DNA of 64,000 nt, from assembly GCA_963729625.1 (NCBI GenBank), contig CAVSOU010000009.1, positions 64,001-128,000 of the forward strand. The letters run 5' to 3'. Positions 9,523-19,104 of this stretch are shown here, piece after piece. The position numbers and the translations under genes are program-made. Below the pieces are notes generated by a model. It saw only the letters and a list, made by a program, of their open reading frames with translations, had not been told where the DNA came from and did not search any database. Within the stretch, counting starts at the first letter, position 1, and each line of letters begins with the position of its first letter. Source of the DNA: an uncultured bacterium (GTDB lineage Bacteria > Chloroflexota > UBA5177 > JANWHV01).

Positions 9523-10617
9523 ATGGGGAGCCAGCAGTTCAGGGCGATTCTGTTTAGCGGAGGCGCGGGATCTCGACTTTGGCCGTTGAGCCGCAGGGCG
9601 CGACCAAAGCAGTTTCAGCCGCTGGTAGGGAGCGATTCCCTGTTTCAGCTCATGGTCCGCCGGCTCGAGGCATTAATCGGTATCGAGAACGTCTTCGTCT
9701 CCACCGGCGAAGTCTATCGCGGCATCGTCCTCGAACAGATCCCGAACTTGCCGGAGGACAACGTTCTTGCCGAGCCTGAGATGCGTGACACGCTGGCCGC
9801 GGTCGGCTACGCGGTGACCGTGCTGAACGATCGCTTTCCGGATTCGACCATTGCTACACTCTGGGGCGCCGATCATATCGTCCGACGCAATGAAGAGTTC
9901 ATGGCCTGCCTTGGCGCCGCGCACGAGCTGGCGAGCGAGCATAACTGGGTCGTGAAGGTCGACGTTCGTCCGACATGGCCCAGCAGTGCTCTGGGCTATA
10001 TCGAATACGGCGAATGGCGTGGCGATGCTCGAGGCCGACCGGTATTCGCCTTTCGACGGCAGGTAGAAAAGCCTCCCGTTGAAGTGGCGCTCGATCTTGT
10101 AGCCTCGGGAAACCACCTGTGGAACACCGGCTACATTATCTGGACGGCCGCCAAGATTCTCAGCCTCTATGAGCAACATGCGCCGGAAACCTACACCGTG
10201 CTGCAGGAGATAGTGCATGCACTTCACGGTCCGACACCCGACGCAGCCGTGGCGGAGCTCTACAGCCGCTTGCCCAGGATGTCCATCGACAAAGGCATCT
10301 TTGAGAAGATGGGTGACCAGGACATGGTGGTCATGCCCGCGGACCTCGGTTGGGGAGATATCGGCGCCTGGGACGTGCTGCGAGACGAGTTGGTCGATGG
10401 CTCTTCGGGAAACGCGGTGCACGCACGGCATATATCGCTCGATACGAGCAATTGCTTGATCTACGGACCGGAAGGCAAACTGGTGGTCACTATCGGCCTT
10501 GACAATCTCATCGTTGTCGACACGGGCGATACGCTGCTCGTGTGTTCCGCGGATCGTGCACAGGACGTGAAGACAGTGGTGCAGGTGCTCGAAGCCGAGC
10601 ATCCGGAACTTCTTTAG
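9523..10617 (+). CDS. manC: Mannose-1-phosphate guanylyltransferase
   Basis: GGAGSRLWPLSRRARPKQF, EPEMRDT, ADH, VEKP, WNTG, SIDKGIFEK, WGDIGAW. Confidence 0.9.
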   Translation: MGSQQFRAILFSGGAGSRLWPLSRRARPKQFQPLVGSDSLFQLMVRRLEALIGIENVFVSTGEVYRGIVLEQIPNLPEDNVLAEPEMRDTLAAVGYAVTVLNDRFPDSTIATLWGADHIVRRNEEFMACLGAAHELASEHNWVVKVDVRPTWPSSALGYIEYGEWRGDARGRPVFAFRRQVEKPPVEVALDLVASGNHLWNTGYIIWTAAKILSLYEQHAPETYTVLQEIVHALHGPTPDAAVAELYSRLPRMSIDKGIFEKMGDQDMVVMPADLGWGDIGAWDVLRDELVDGSSGNAVHARHISLDTSNCLIYGPEGKLVVTIGLDNLIVVDTGDTLLVCSADRAQDVKTVVQVLEAEHPELL

Positions 10618-10775
10618 CGCACCGATGCCTGCCCGGTCGCGTGGGTGAAGCGCTGCCAACATCGACTTCATGCCGGTCCGATAGCCGGCAGGGCTGTTGA
10701 ATTGTCGCTGCCCGAGCCGCAAGACAAGGCCCGACGAGGCGGTGGGCACGTGGCTTCCAGGCTGGGCGGGCAGCG

Positions 10776-10796
10776 CACCCACTCGCGGGTCCCCGG
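10776..10796 (+). repeat. Degenerate copy of dispersed hairpin element
   Basis: CACCCACTCGCGGGTCCCCGG, two bases shorter than the other copies. Confidence 0.5.
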
Positions 10797-10864
10797 CCGC
10801 CCCATGGCCGTGAAGACGCGCTTGTTACAGGAGCTAGATCCGCCCGGTTAGCCCTTCCTTGCGC

Positions 10865-10893
10865 TTGACGATCCTTCAGGCACCGGCTATATT
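10865..10893 (+). promoter_or_regulatory. Sigma70-type promoter of tRNA-Asn
   Basis: TTGACG-17 bp-TATATT about 30 bp upstream of the tRNA. Confidence 0.7.
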
Positions 10894-10925
10894 ACCTCTC
10901 GCGACGGAGAAACGTTGCAGCGCGA

Positions 10926-10997
10926 TCCCCGCTAGCTCAACGGTAGAGCGGCCGGCTGTTAACCGGTAGGTTGTTGGTTCGAATCCAGCGCGGGGAG
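10926..10997 (+). tRNA. trnN: tRNA-Asn (GTT), CCA not encoded
   Basis: Cloverleaf: acceptor TCCCCGC/GCGGGGA, D arm GCTC/GAGC, anticodon arm GCCGG-CTGTTAA-CCGGT, T arm GTTGG-TTCGAAT-CCAGC. Confidence 0.97.
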
Positions 10998-11117
10998 CTT
11001 ATAGGCAGGTGCCGCCGGGATTCACTCGGCGGCACGCCTGTTTGCACTCCGGCGCCGCCCGGGCGCCGCGGTACAGTGTGTGGCCTGGTGCGCCAGACTG
11101 GGGGTTGAACGACGATC

Positions 11118-12155
11118 ATGTCGCGTTTTTTGATCACCGGCGGCGCCGGCTTCCTCGGCATCAATCTTGCCCGATACTTGCTGGCTCGCGGACACGAGGT
11201 TGTCTCGCAGGACATCGCCGAATTTGACTACCCGGAGCGCGAGCGCATCGTCGTTCACACCAGCGATATTCGCGATCGAGCGGCCGTGGATCGCGCGATG
11301 GAGGGGGTAAGCGTGGTCGTGCACTGCGCGGCGGCCCTGCCTCTGTACAAGAAAGCGGATATCTACACGACGGATGTCCTCGGTACGCGAAACGTCGTGC
11401 AGTCCGCCCTGGAGCACGGCGTCGACCGTTTCATCCAGATCTCCACGACGGCCGTTTATGGTATTCCCGATCACCATCCCCTACTGGAGGACGATCGTCT
11501 CGAGGGAGTTGGCCACTACGGGCGAGCCAAGATCAAAGCCGAGCGGGTGTGTCTGGCATATCGTCGGATGGGCATGTGCGTGCCCATCATACGTCCCAAG
11601 TCCTTTATCGGCCCGGAGCGGCTTGGCGTGTTTGCCCTCTTCTACGACTGGGCAAAAGACGGTAAGGGATTCCCGATGATCGGCAACGGCGAGAATCGCT
11701 ACCAGCTGCTCGATGTCGAGGATCTTTGCGATGCAATCTATCTGTGCGCGACGGCGGATAGAGATCGGGTCAACAACACATTCAATATCGGCGCCGCGGA
11801 GTTCACGACCATGCGCGAAGATTACCAGGCGGTTCTCGATCATGCAGGCTTCGGCAAGAAGATTCGCGGCTTCCCGGCCGAGCCGATGATCTGGACATTG
11901 CGGCTGCTATCGCTGGTTCACATGTCGCCGCTCTACCGGTGGGTCTATGAAACGGCATCCAGGGATTCGTTCGTGTCGATTGATCGCGCGACGTCAGTGC
12001 TTGAGTGGAAGCCGAAGTACTCGAACAAGGACGCGCTCGTGAGGAACTTCGTCTGGTATCTGGCCAACGTCGATCAATTCGAAAAGACATCCGGAGTCTC
12101 ACACCGTGTGCCCTGGAAACAGGGCGTTTTGCGCTTCGCAAAAGTGCTGTTCTAG
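11118..12155 (+). CDS. NAD-dependent epimerase/dehydratase (extended SDR)
   Basis: ITGGAGFLG, HCAA, STTAVYG, YGRAK catalytic motif. Confidence 0.9.
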   Translation: MSRFLITGGAGFLGINLARYLLARGHEVVSQDIAEFDYPERERIVVHTSDIRDRAAVDRAMEGVSVVVHCAAALPLYKKADIYTTDVLGTRNVVQSALEHGVDRFIQISTTAVYGIPDHHPLLEDDRLEGVGHYGRAKIKAERVCLAYRRMGMCVPIIRPKSFIGPERLGVFALFYDWAKDGKGFPMIGNGENRYQLLDVEDLCDAIYLCATADRDRVNNTFNIGAAEFTTMREDYQAVLDHAGFGKKIRGFPAEPMIWTLRLLSLVHMSPLYRWVYETASRDSFVSIDRATSVLEWKPKYSNKDALVRNFVWYLANVDQFEKTSGVSHRVPWKQGVLRFAKVLF

Positions 12156-12360
12156 TGCATTCCCCTTCTTTCACGTATGATCGAGGTGGTGTCGGTGGAT
12201 TCGGCCGAATACGCCTGTTCAATCCCGGCCGGTCGGACGCGTGACGCTGCACGTGTCGCCGTGAAAACGCAGCAACCTACATGACCTAAATCGCGGGAGC
12301 CCGCGAAGACGCGGCAGCGCGCGTCGGGCGGTGCCATAAAGCAGAGAGAGTCTTAGCCGC

Positions 12361-12546
12361 ATGGGGAAAAGCGTCGTCACGCCATTTAACGTATTCTCGC
12401 TGTTCTCGTTCGTTCTGCTGGTGACCATCGCGCTGCTTGTACACAACAGCCAACTGCCCAAGTTTGGTCTGGCCGCGGTGAGTGCGGTGTGTGGATTCCT
12501 GTTTATCGGCACGTTCCTGGTGTGGACGATGCTGCAGGGAGATTGA
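12361..12546 (+). CDS. Small two-TM membrane protein, hypothetical
   Basis: 61 aa with two clean hydrophobic helices; purine-rich sequence upstream. Confidence 0.55.
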   Translation: MGKSVVTPFNVFSLFSFVLLVTIALLVHNSQLPKFGLAAVSAVCGFLFIGTFLVWTMLQGD

Positions 12547-12640
12547 GGGGACCAATCCTGCGAAGGCCTGGACCCGGCGGCGACAGGTGACCCGTGCGCC
12601 CGCGGCGTCGAAGCGAAAATGATGGCCCTGTTTTGGCGCG

Positions 12641-13078
12641 CTATGCGCGAGGCAGCTCGTGCTGAGCGGGTGCCGCCTGATCGCTCACCAGACTCACGGT
12701 GAGCGCGATCCTGCCGAGTTCCCGCCCCTCGGAGAGCATGCGGAATTCATATCTTCCCACCTGCTCGAGTGGCAGCATGGTGATTTCCGCCATCAGGTTG
12801 CCGGTTCCCTGCGAGATCGATTCCGGGTCCACGGGGATGCTCTCGTGCATCAGCACGCGGCCGTCCGGAGCAATCAGCTCCATTTCCACCGAGCTGGCGG
12901 TAGTCGCGCCCTGAAGCACGCACACCACAAAGAATTTTGGGTGCTGCGCGGGCAGCCTCACGACCGCAATATGGTCGAAGATTCCGATCACGCTGAGCTT
13001 GCCATCCTGGCCGATGAGCGCGTGGTCGCAGAGGACGCCGAGTCGGCTACTCAGACTGCTGTATGAGCGATCAAGCAA
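12641..13078 (-). CDS. Conserved hypothetical protein (DUF6941-like)
   Basis: LCDHALIGQDGKLSVIGIFD N-terminal motif and GRYEF C-terminal motif; family assigned from recollection. Confidence 0.7.
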   Translation of the reverse strand: MLDRSYSSLSSRLGVLCDHALIGQDGKLSVIGIFDHIAVVRLPAQHPKFFVVCVLQGATTASSVEMELIAPDGRVLMHESIPVDPESISQGTGNLMAEITMLPLEQVGRYEFRMLSEGRELGRIALTVSLVSDQAAPAQHELPRA

Positions 13079-13120
13079 TTGCGGATACCTTCCTGACCGG
13101 CACGGCCCGAGCCCAGCGCC

Positions 13121-13495
13121 TCAGTGGCCCGATGACACTTCGCCCAGCGGGGCAGCTACTATCGACCGGCTCCCGTAGTAAATGTCATTCGCCATGACCT
13201 GGTTGGCGCGGTCGGGCACGCGTACCAGGAGTTCCCCATTGGTATGCACTCTGAGCGTGGTCTTCATCGTCGCCAGGTCGTCGCGATTCTCGATGATGTA
13301 GCGAAAGCGCCGTGCCTGGCCCCGGAACACGAACCTGATCTCGAACGCGGGTGCGGCTGGGGCGGATCGGCGAAACGGGAAACGCGATCGCGGCGATGGC
13401 TTCCCTGGGAGGACTGGGGGTTGCACGGAACTCACCCCATCCTTTCGGCTGAGCCAAGCCGCCAGATCATCGGCCAGATCTTTGATCTCGTCCAA
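13121..13495 (-). CDS. Hypothetical protein
   Basis: GGAGG RBS before TTG 13495; co-oriented with next gene; protein-like composition. Confidence 0.6.
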   Translation of the reverse strand: MDEIKDLADDLAAWLSRKDGVSSVQPPVLPGKPSPRSRFPFRRSAPAAPAFEIRFVFRGQARRFRYIIENRDDLATMKTTLRVHTNGELLVRVPDRANQVMANDIYYGSRSIVAAPLGEVSSGH

Positions 13496-13896
13496 TGCTA
13501 CCTCCTGGTGCGTGCCGGCTGTCACAAGGCCGCGCCTCGCGGGCACCACCCGCTCGAGGTGCAGCGCACGGCGGCCGTGTCTTTAGCGCGCGCACTCCTC
13601 GCATGGCCCGCTATGCCGGCCTTTGGAAGAATACACGCCCCGGGCTCGCGCGGCAACCGGCACTACGCTGAAGTGCGCAGGTGGTGATTCACCCTACTGC
13701 GACCGCCGAAGGCTACCAGTAGACAAGGGAGCTGCCGTGTGCTGTTCATCTGGATCCTTGCCTGCCCGGTTCTTACCTGATACACCCAACATGTGGCCGA
13801 AGTCGCAGTGCGGGGAAAACCATGGCTTCTCGGACGAGATTTGGCCCTCAATCGTGTCTGGCCTCTGAAGGCCGAGGGAAAGTCTTGGCACGCCCC

Positions 13897-14550
13897 ATGC
13901 CCCGCGCCTACGGAGTGCTCAAGCGCTTCATCGACATGTCCGCGTCTGTCGGTCTGCTCGTGCTCTGCAGCCCGGTACTAGGCGTCGCGGCGATCGCGAT
14001 CCACCTCGATTCGAAGGGCCCAGTTCTCTTAAAGCCCATACGAGTGGGCAAGGACGGCCGTGAGTTCGCCATGTTCAAGCTTCGCACAATGGTGGTAGAC
14101 GCCGAAGATCGCCTCAGCGAGCTCCAGCACTTGAACGCCGGTGGGCTGCACATGATTAAAATCCAGAATGATCCGCGCGTGACAAAGGTAGGCCGGGTGC
14201 TACGCGTGACGAGCGTTGACGAACTGCCACAGCTTGTCAACGTGTTGCTCGGCGACATGAGCCTGATTGGCCCAAGGCCGCAGTCTCCGCAGGAGGTGGC
14301 GTTGTACACGCCCGTACAGCGCAGACGTCTCACAGTACGGCCCGGCATCACAGGACTATGGCAGGTTCGTTCTCGACACAGTCCTTCGCTTGAGCTGCTC
14401 ATGGCGAATGACCTCGAGTACATCGACGGCTGGAGCCCGATTCTTGAAGTGATTATCGCTGGCAAGACGATCTCGACCATTGCAACGGACACTTACACCG
14501 CAATCTGGCACCTTCTAGCGAAGCGGTTCAGTCGGCAGACGCGCAAATAG
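13897..14550 (+). CDS. Priming sugar (phosphoglycosyl) transferase, Bac_transf family
   Basis: KRFID, FKLRTM, DPRVTKVGRVLR, DELPQLVNVL, GDMSLIGPRP, RPGITGLWQV; start uncertain. Confidence 0.92.
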   Translation: MPRAYGVLKRFIDMSASVGLLVLCSPVLGVAAIAIHLDSKGPVLLKPIRVGKDGREFAMFKLRTMVVDAEDRLSELQHLNAGGLHMIKIQNDPRVTKVGRVLRVTSVDELPQLVNVLLGDMSLIGPRPQSPQEVALYTPVQRRRLTVRPGITGLWQVRSRHSPSLELLMANDLEYIDGWSPILEVIIAGKTISTIATDTYTAIWHLLAKRFSRQTRK

Positions 14551-14600
14551 TTGGGCCAATGCCGGTACAGGCAGCGTTGACGCAACGCACAGGCAAGGAG

Positions 14601-15845
14601 TCAGCGCCCGGTTCCCGAGAACGCGTGCTCGTAAGCCGCGAGAAGGCGTGGCTTGCTGTGATCCCACGCCAGCTCATCCCTCACGCGCTGCAAACCGATC
14701 TGGCCCATGGTGTGTCGGAGCGTGGCATCATCGATCAACCGGAGAATCTTGGCAGCGAACTCCTCGACGTCGTTAGGCCGGGCATACAAGGCAGCGTCAC
14801 CCGCTGAGTAACGTGTCTCCCTAAGGTCAAATGCCACAACCGGTTTGCACATGGCCATGTATTCCATGGTCTTGTTCATTGTGTTGTTCTCATTAAGCCC
14901 GTTCTCCGGATCCGGGCTCACGCACACGTCGCTTGCGCTAAGCAGAGCCACCAGTTCGTCGTCGGATACCCTACCGGTGAACGTGGTGAAAGCGCCGAGG
15001 TCGAGTGAAGACGCCATATTTACGAGATTCTCGAACTGCTCGCCGCCACCGATGAGCAGGAACCCAATATCCTGCCTACCATAACGATGCACGATCAGAT
15101 CGGCCGCTTGGACCACTAGATCGACCCCATCAGTTGCGCCCATCACGCCAAGATAGGCGACGTTGAATCGGTGACCCAACTTTGGGCGATTCTCCAAACT
15201 GACCGGATGAAGGCGATCGGCATCCGGACCGGTCCGCACGACAAACACGCTGCTCTCGGGAACATGGCCCCGAGTCAGGGCGATTGTTCGAAGCGATTCG
15301 TTGGTAGTAATAACCGTATGTGCGGTCAAAAAGGTACATCGCTCAACGATACGTAGCAATTGATAGAGCACCGAGAATCGATTTCCGATGACTACGCGAT
15401 ACGTTTCTGGCGAGAGATCGTGATGATCAAAGACGTACCGCACGCCCAAGGGCTTGAAGACCAAAGCAATCAAAAAGAAGAGATCCGGTGGGCAGCAGCC
15501 ATGTATGACGTCGAAGCCACGGTCTCGATATACTCGCGCGGCCAGGCGCAGCGTCTGGACCATGGCCACGCCGTATTCGCGGAAATACGAGCTCGCAGTT
15601 GTGGATAACGGTGGTAACTGGTACCGGTAGATGGCAATGCCGGCAATCTTCGTGAATGACTCAGTGTCCCTCCCTGAGCCCTTGGGACAGATCACGGAAA
15701 CGGTGTAGCCGGCGTTCCGCAGCGTCGTGGCCTCCAGCCACACCCGCCGATCGAACGGTACCGAGAGGTTCTCTACAAGAATGAGCACTCTCCGGCGCCC
15801 ATTGCCTTCTCGCGTACTTCGCCTGAAAAGCTGTCGCAATCTCAA
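14601..15845 (-). CDS. Glycosyltransferase family 4
   Basis: VENLSVPFDRRVWLEA, FDHHDLSPE, MNKTMEYMA motifs. Confidence 0.92.
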   Translation of the reverse strand: MRLRQLFRRSTREGNGRRRVLILVENLSVPFDRRVWLEATTLRNAGYTVSVICPKGSGRDTESFTKIAGIAIYRYQLPPLSTTASSYFREYGVAMVQTLRLAARVYRDRGFDVIHGCCPPDLFFLIALVFKPLGVRYVFDHHDLSPETYRVVIGNRFSVLYQLLRIVERCTFLTAHTVITTNESLRTIALTRGHVPESSVFVVRTGPDADRLHPVSLENRPKLGHRFNVAYLGVMGATDGVDLVVQAADLIVHRYGRQDIGFLLIGGGEQFENLVNMASSLDLGAFTTFTGRVSDDELVALLSASDVCVSPDPENGLNENNTMNKTMEYMAMCKPVVAFDLRETRYSAGDAALYARPNDVEEFAAKILRLIDDATLRHTMGQIGLQRVRDELAWDHSKPRLLAAYEHAFSGTGR

Positions 15846-15925
15846 ATCTCGTTCTCGCTGCGTTGCACGGCCTTGGGCTCATTGGCCGGGTACTTGGCAT
15901 CATGACAATCGACCCCGGCAGGATA

Positions 15926-17239
15926 CTACCACGAAATGCCCACATATTCCCCGTCGGACACACCTGTGTCAGGCAGCCGGACGAGGTCTATGAGGACCTG
16001 ACCATCGCGGACCTTGTGCTTGACGTTCGCGAACTCGGAATCGCGATTTGCAATGACGATCACTTCACAGGTCGCCAGCACATCATCGAGGCTGCTGCGT
16101 AGCAGCGTCGCCACATGCGGCAGTTCGCGCTCAATATACTGCTTGTTTGCGCCGAATATGGTTGCCAGATAGACTTTCGGGTCGTAGATCGACACCTCAA
16201 AGCCCTTGCCCAGCAAGCCTTCGACCAACTCGACAGCAGGGCTTTCGCGGAGATCGTCGGTTCCGGCCTTGAAGCTCAATCCGAGCACGCCAATGCGACG
16301 CTTCCCGGTGGCACGGACCAACCGCAGTGCCCGCGCCTTTTGCTGATCGTTCGAGACGCCGATGGCTTCCAGAAGTGGAACGGGGACATCGTGCGTACGC
16401 GCTTCGTAAACGAGCGCGCGCAGGTCCTTTGGCAGGCAGGAGCCTCCAAATGCCGCACCGGGCATCAGGTAGGCCGCGGAGATGTTGAGCACCCGATCCT
16501 CAGAGAATATCCGCATAACCTCGTGACTGTCGACGGAGACCGCGCGGCAGATGTTTCCGACCTCATTGGCGAAACTGATCTTGAGCGCGTGAAACACGTT
16601 GTCGACATACTTCACTGTTTCCGCAACGCGGATCGATGTGCGAATGAGCGGAGCGCGGAAGCCGTCGTAGAGCCGAACCAGCCCCTGCGCACTTGAGCCA
16701 TCGCGCTCGCCGACCACGATCTTGGGCGGGTTTTCGAAATCGTGAATGGCCGAACCCTCGCGAAGGAATTCCGGATGATAGGCTACACCGAAGTCTTGAC
16801 CCAGCCTTCGGCCGGATTTGCGCGACAGGATAGGCATGAGGATATCCTCGACGGTGCCCGGGAGCATCGTGGAACGAAAGACGACGAGGTGGAAATCGGT
16901 AGCGTCTGCCAGGGCGGCGCCGATGTCTGCTGCCACGCGCTCGATGAACTCCAGGCGAAGGCTGCCGTTCGCATTGCTTGGCGTGCCCACGCACACAAGC
17001 GAGAGATCGCTCGTGCTGATGGCGTCAGCAGCGCGCGTAGTAGCGCGCAGCGCACCCAATGCCACGCCAGCCGCGACGAGCTCATCCAGACCCTCCTCGA
17101 TGATTGGACTACGCCCCGAGTTGAGCATGTCCACTTTGTGCGCGGCCACGTCAATTGCGATGACAGTGTTACCTCGAGCGGCAAGGCAAGCAGCGGTAAC
17201 ACATCCTACATATCCAAGTCCGAAGACAGCGATTCTCAT
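15926..17239 (-). CDS. algD: GDP-mannose 6-dehydrogenase-like nucleotide-sugar dehydrogenase
   Basis: FGLGYVG, CVGTPS, RST, PEFLREG, AFGGSCLPKD (catalytic Cys), GLSFKAGTDDLRESP; substrate (GDP-Man vs UDP-Glc) inferred. Confidence 0.85.
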   Translation of the reverse strand: MRIAVFGLGYVGCVTAACLAARGNTVIAIDVAAHKVDMLNSGRSPIIEEGLDELVAAGVALGALRATTRAADAISTSDLSLVCVGTPSNANGSLRLEFIERVAADIGAALADATDFHLVVFRSTMLPGTVEDILMPILSRKSGRRLGQDFGVAYHPEFLREGSAIHDFENPPKIVVGERDGSSAQGLVRLYDGFRAPLIRTSIRVAETVKYVDNVFHALKISFANEVGNICRAVSVDSHEVMRIFSEDRVLNISAAYLMPGAAFGGSCLPKDLRALVYEARTHDVPVPLLEAIGVSNDQQKARALRLVRATGKRRIGVLGLSFKAGTDDLRESPAVELVEGLLGKGFEVSIYDPKVYLATIFGANKQYIERELPHVATLLRSSLDDVLATCEVIVIANRDSEFANVKHKVRDGQVLIDLVRLPDTGVSDGEYVGISW

Positions 17240-17349
17240 TGATCCTCAAGAAATTCTCGGACGTATCCAGACCTCACCGATCAGAAAACGGCGTCGGTTC
17301 CAGCCTGAAGCAGCCAGGATCGCCCGGCAAGGCACATGCTGTCCGCCAC

Positions 17350-17802
17350 TTACCAGCTCTCATACAGTTCTACGGCAACGTTTTGACGGATTATTCGCGC
17401 TGGAACGCCCGCAACAATTGTATTGGCAGGCACCGAGTGGGTCACTACAGCGTTAGCACCGACAATCACGTTGTTAGCAATCGTAATGTCGCCCAGTATC
17501 TTGGATCCGACCCCAAGGAAGACATTGTCACCTATCGTCGGCACCCTCGATCTCAGCGACTTCCCGCCAACAACAACGTGAGCAGCGACGTGCACGTGAC
17601 GACCAAGCCGGCATCGGGGGTGCAACACGACCCCGAGTCCGCCGTGCGCAAACTGGACGCCTGGGCCGATTTCGACGCCATACGGTATGACGGCGTGGAA
17701 CACGACGAATATGACGCTCTGGAGAAGCCGAGGCGCCAGTGGCACGTGCAGTTCGTGCAGCCTATGAGCGATTCTGTACAGCAACTCTGGGCCGCTCATC
17801 AT
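17350..17802 (-). CDS. Hexapeptide-repeat (serine O-acetyltransferase-like) acetyltransferase
   Basis: PTIGDNVFLGVGSKILG, IVGANAVVT, VAGVPARII. Confidence 0.88.
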   Translation of the reverse strand: MMSGPELLYRIAHRLHELHVPLAPRLLQSVIFVVFHAVIPYGVEIGPGVQFAHGGLGVVLHPRCRLGRHVHVAAHVVVGGKSLRSRVPTIGDNVFLGVGSKILGDITIANNVIVGANAVVTHSVPANTIVAGVPARIIRQNVAVELYESW

Positions 17803-17874
17803 CTCCTCCGGTCCGCCTGGAACATGTCAACACCTCTGAAACGACTGTTGCTTTCGGTCGCTTCATTGCCGCAT

Positions 17875-19104
17875 TCAGACTGAGCGACCACGCAGCGCCT
17901 CGCGGTACACAGCTCCGACATCGTCAATAAACCGGTCTGGCATGAAGGAAGATCTGACAGTCTCATACCCACCTTCCCGCAAATGCACGCGAAGGTCAGG
18001 ATCGCTGTAGAGGCACTTCAAGGCGTCAGCAAGCGCGGCCGTATCGCCTGGGTGAACCAAGAGGCCGTTAACTCGGTGCGAGACAACAGCCATGATTGGC
18101 GTAAGGGTGCTCGAGATGACGCATGCACCCGTAGCCATCGCTTCAATCAAGACACTGGGCTGGTTCTCGGCATAACTTGGCAGCGCAAGTACCTCAGCCG
18201 CTCGGTACTCGGCGATGAGATCAGCGCCCATGCGGGGACCAAGCAGCGTCACTGTGTCCTGCAGGCCCAATTCCTTGACGCGCTCCTCGTACGACTTCGC
18301 GATTCCAGGGGATCCCTCAGTCCCTACGATTCGAACTGCCAAAGTCGGAATATCGTCACTGATAAGCGCAACGGCTTCGATAAGGTCATGCACTCCTTTG
18401 CGCGCCCCAATCTCACCGACGAAAAGCACGACGAAGGGGTCTGGTCGGTCAGAGTTCAGGCGTGCCAACGGCACGACGAAAGCTGGGCTCACACCAATCG
18501 GCATGACTGTGATGCGCGTTCGGGGCATGAGCCGAGAGAAGTGCCGCTCCCAATAAGGCGACAGCACGACCAGATGATCGACGCCATGAAGAAGGCAGCG
18601 AATCAGCCTTCTGCGCCATGGACCACCTTGTAGATAGAGTGTGTCCGCATTGGAGCCGTGGCTGTGGGCGACAGTGTAGCTGCCAAGCGCTTTGGCCGTC
18701 CATATGAGGGCCATATCGCGCAGGAAGCCAGTTCCCGTGGCTGAAAGTGGGGCATGAAACACACGCGGGCGACGGCGAGCGACGGCCAGCAGGCAGCTCA
18801 TCACTTGCAGTGCGGCATCACGAAGGTTACGCGCATCAAAGCGGCCCTGAAACTCCTTCCCCCGTGTCCGGTGAATCTCAAACAGCTCCATACGGTAGTT
18901 CGATCTCAACGAGGATTCCCAGATCAGTTTCGTGATCGTCTCTACACCGCCTGGAGGCGGCGGAAGCCGGCCCGCCAGCATCACCGGGCACCGATGGCCA
19001 GGCCGATAAGTCGCCAGACGCGTCAGCCAGCCCATTGGCGTTGCCGAACCCTTTCTGTAGGGCCGACATAGCATCGCGGTCTCCTCGGACGGCGGACCCG
19101 TCAT
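17875..19104 (-). CDS. Glycosyltransferase family 4
   Basis: PPPPGGV, LFVGEIGARKG, LPSYAENQPSVLIEAMA; start overlaps upstream stop. Confidence 0.9.
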   Translation of the reverse strand: MTGPPSEETAMLCRPYRKGSATPMGWLTRLATYRPGHRCPVMLAGRLPPPPGGVETITKLIWESSLRSNYRMELFEIHRTRGKEFQGRFDARNLRDAALQVMSCLLAVARRRPRVFHAPLSATGTGFLRDMALIWTAKALGSYTVAHSHGSNADTLYLQGGPWRRRLIRCLLHGVDHLVVLSPYWERHFSRLMPRTRITVMPIGVSPAFVVPLARLNSDRPDPFVVLFVGEIGARKGVHDLIEAVALISDDIPTLAVRIVGTEGSPGIAKSYEERVKELGLQDTVTLLGPRMGADLIAEYRAAEVLALPSYAENQPSVLIEAMATGACVISSTLTPIMAVVSHRVNGLLVHPGDTAALADALKCLYSDPDLRVHLREGGYETVRSSFMPDRFIDDVGAVYREALRGRSV

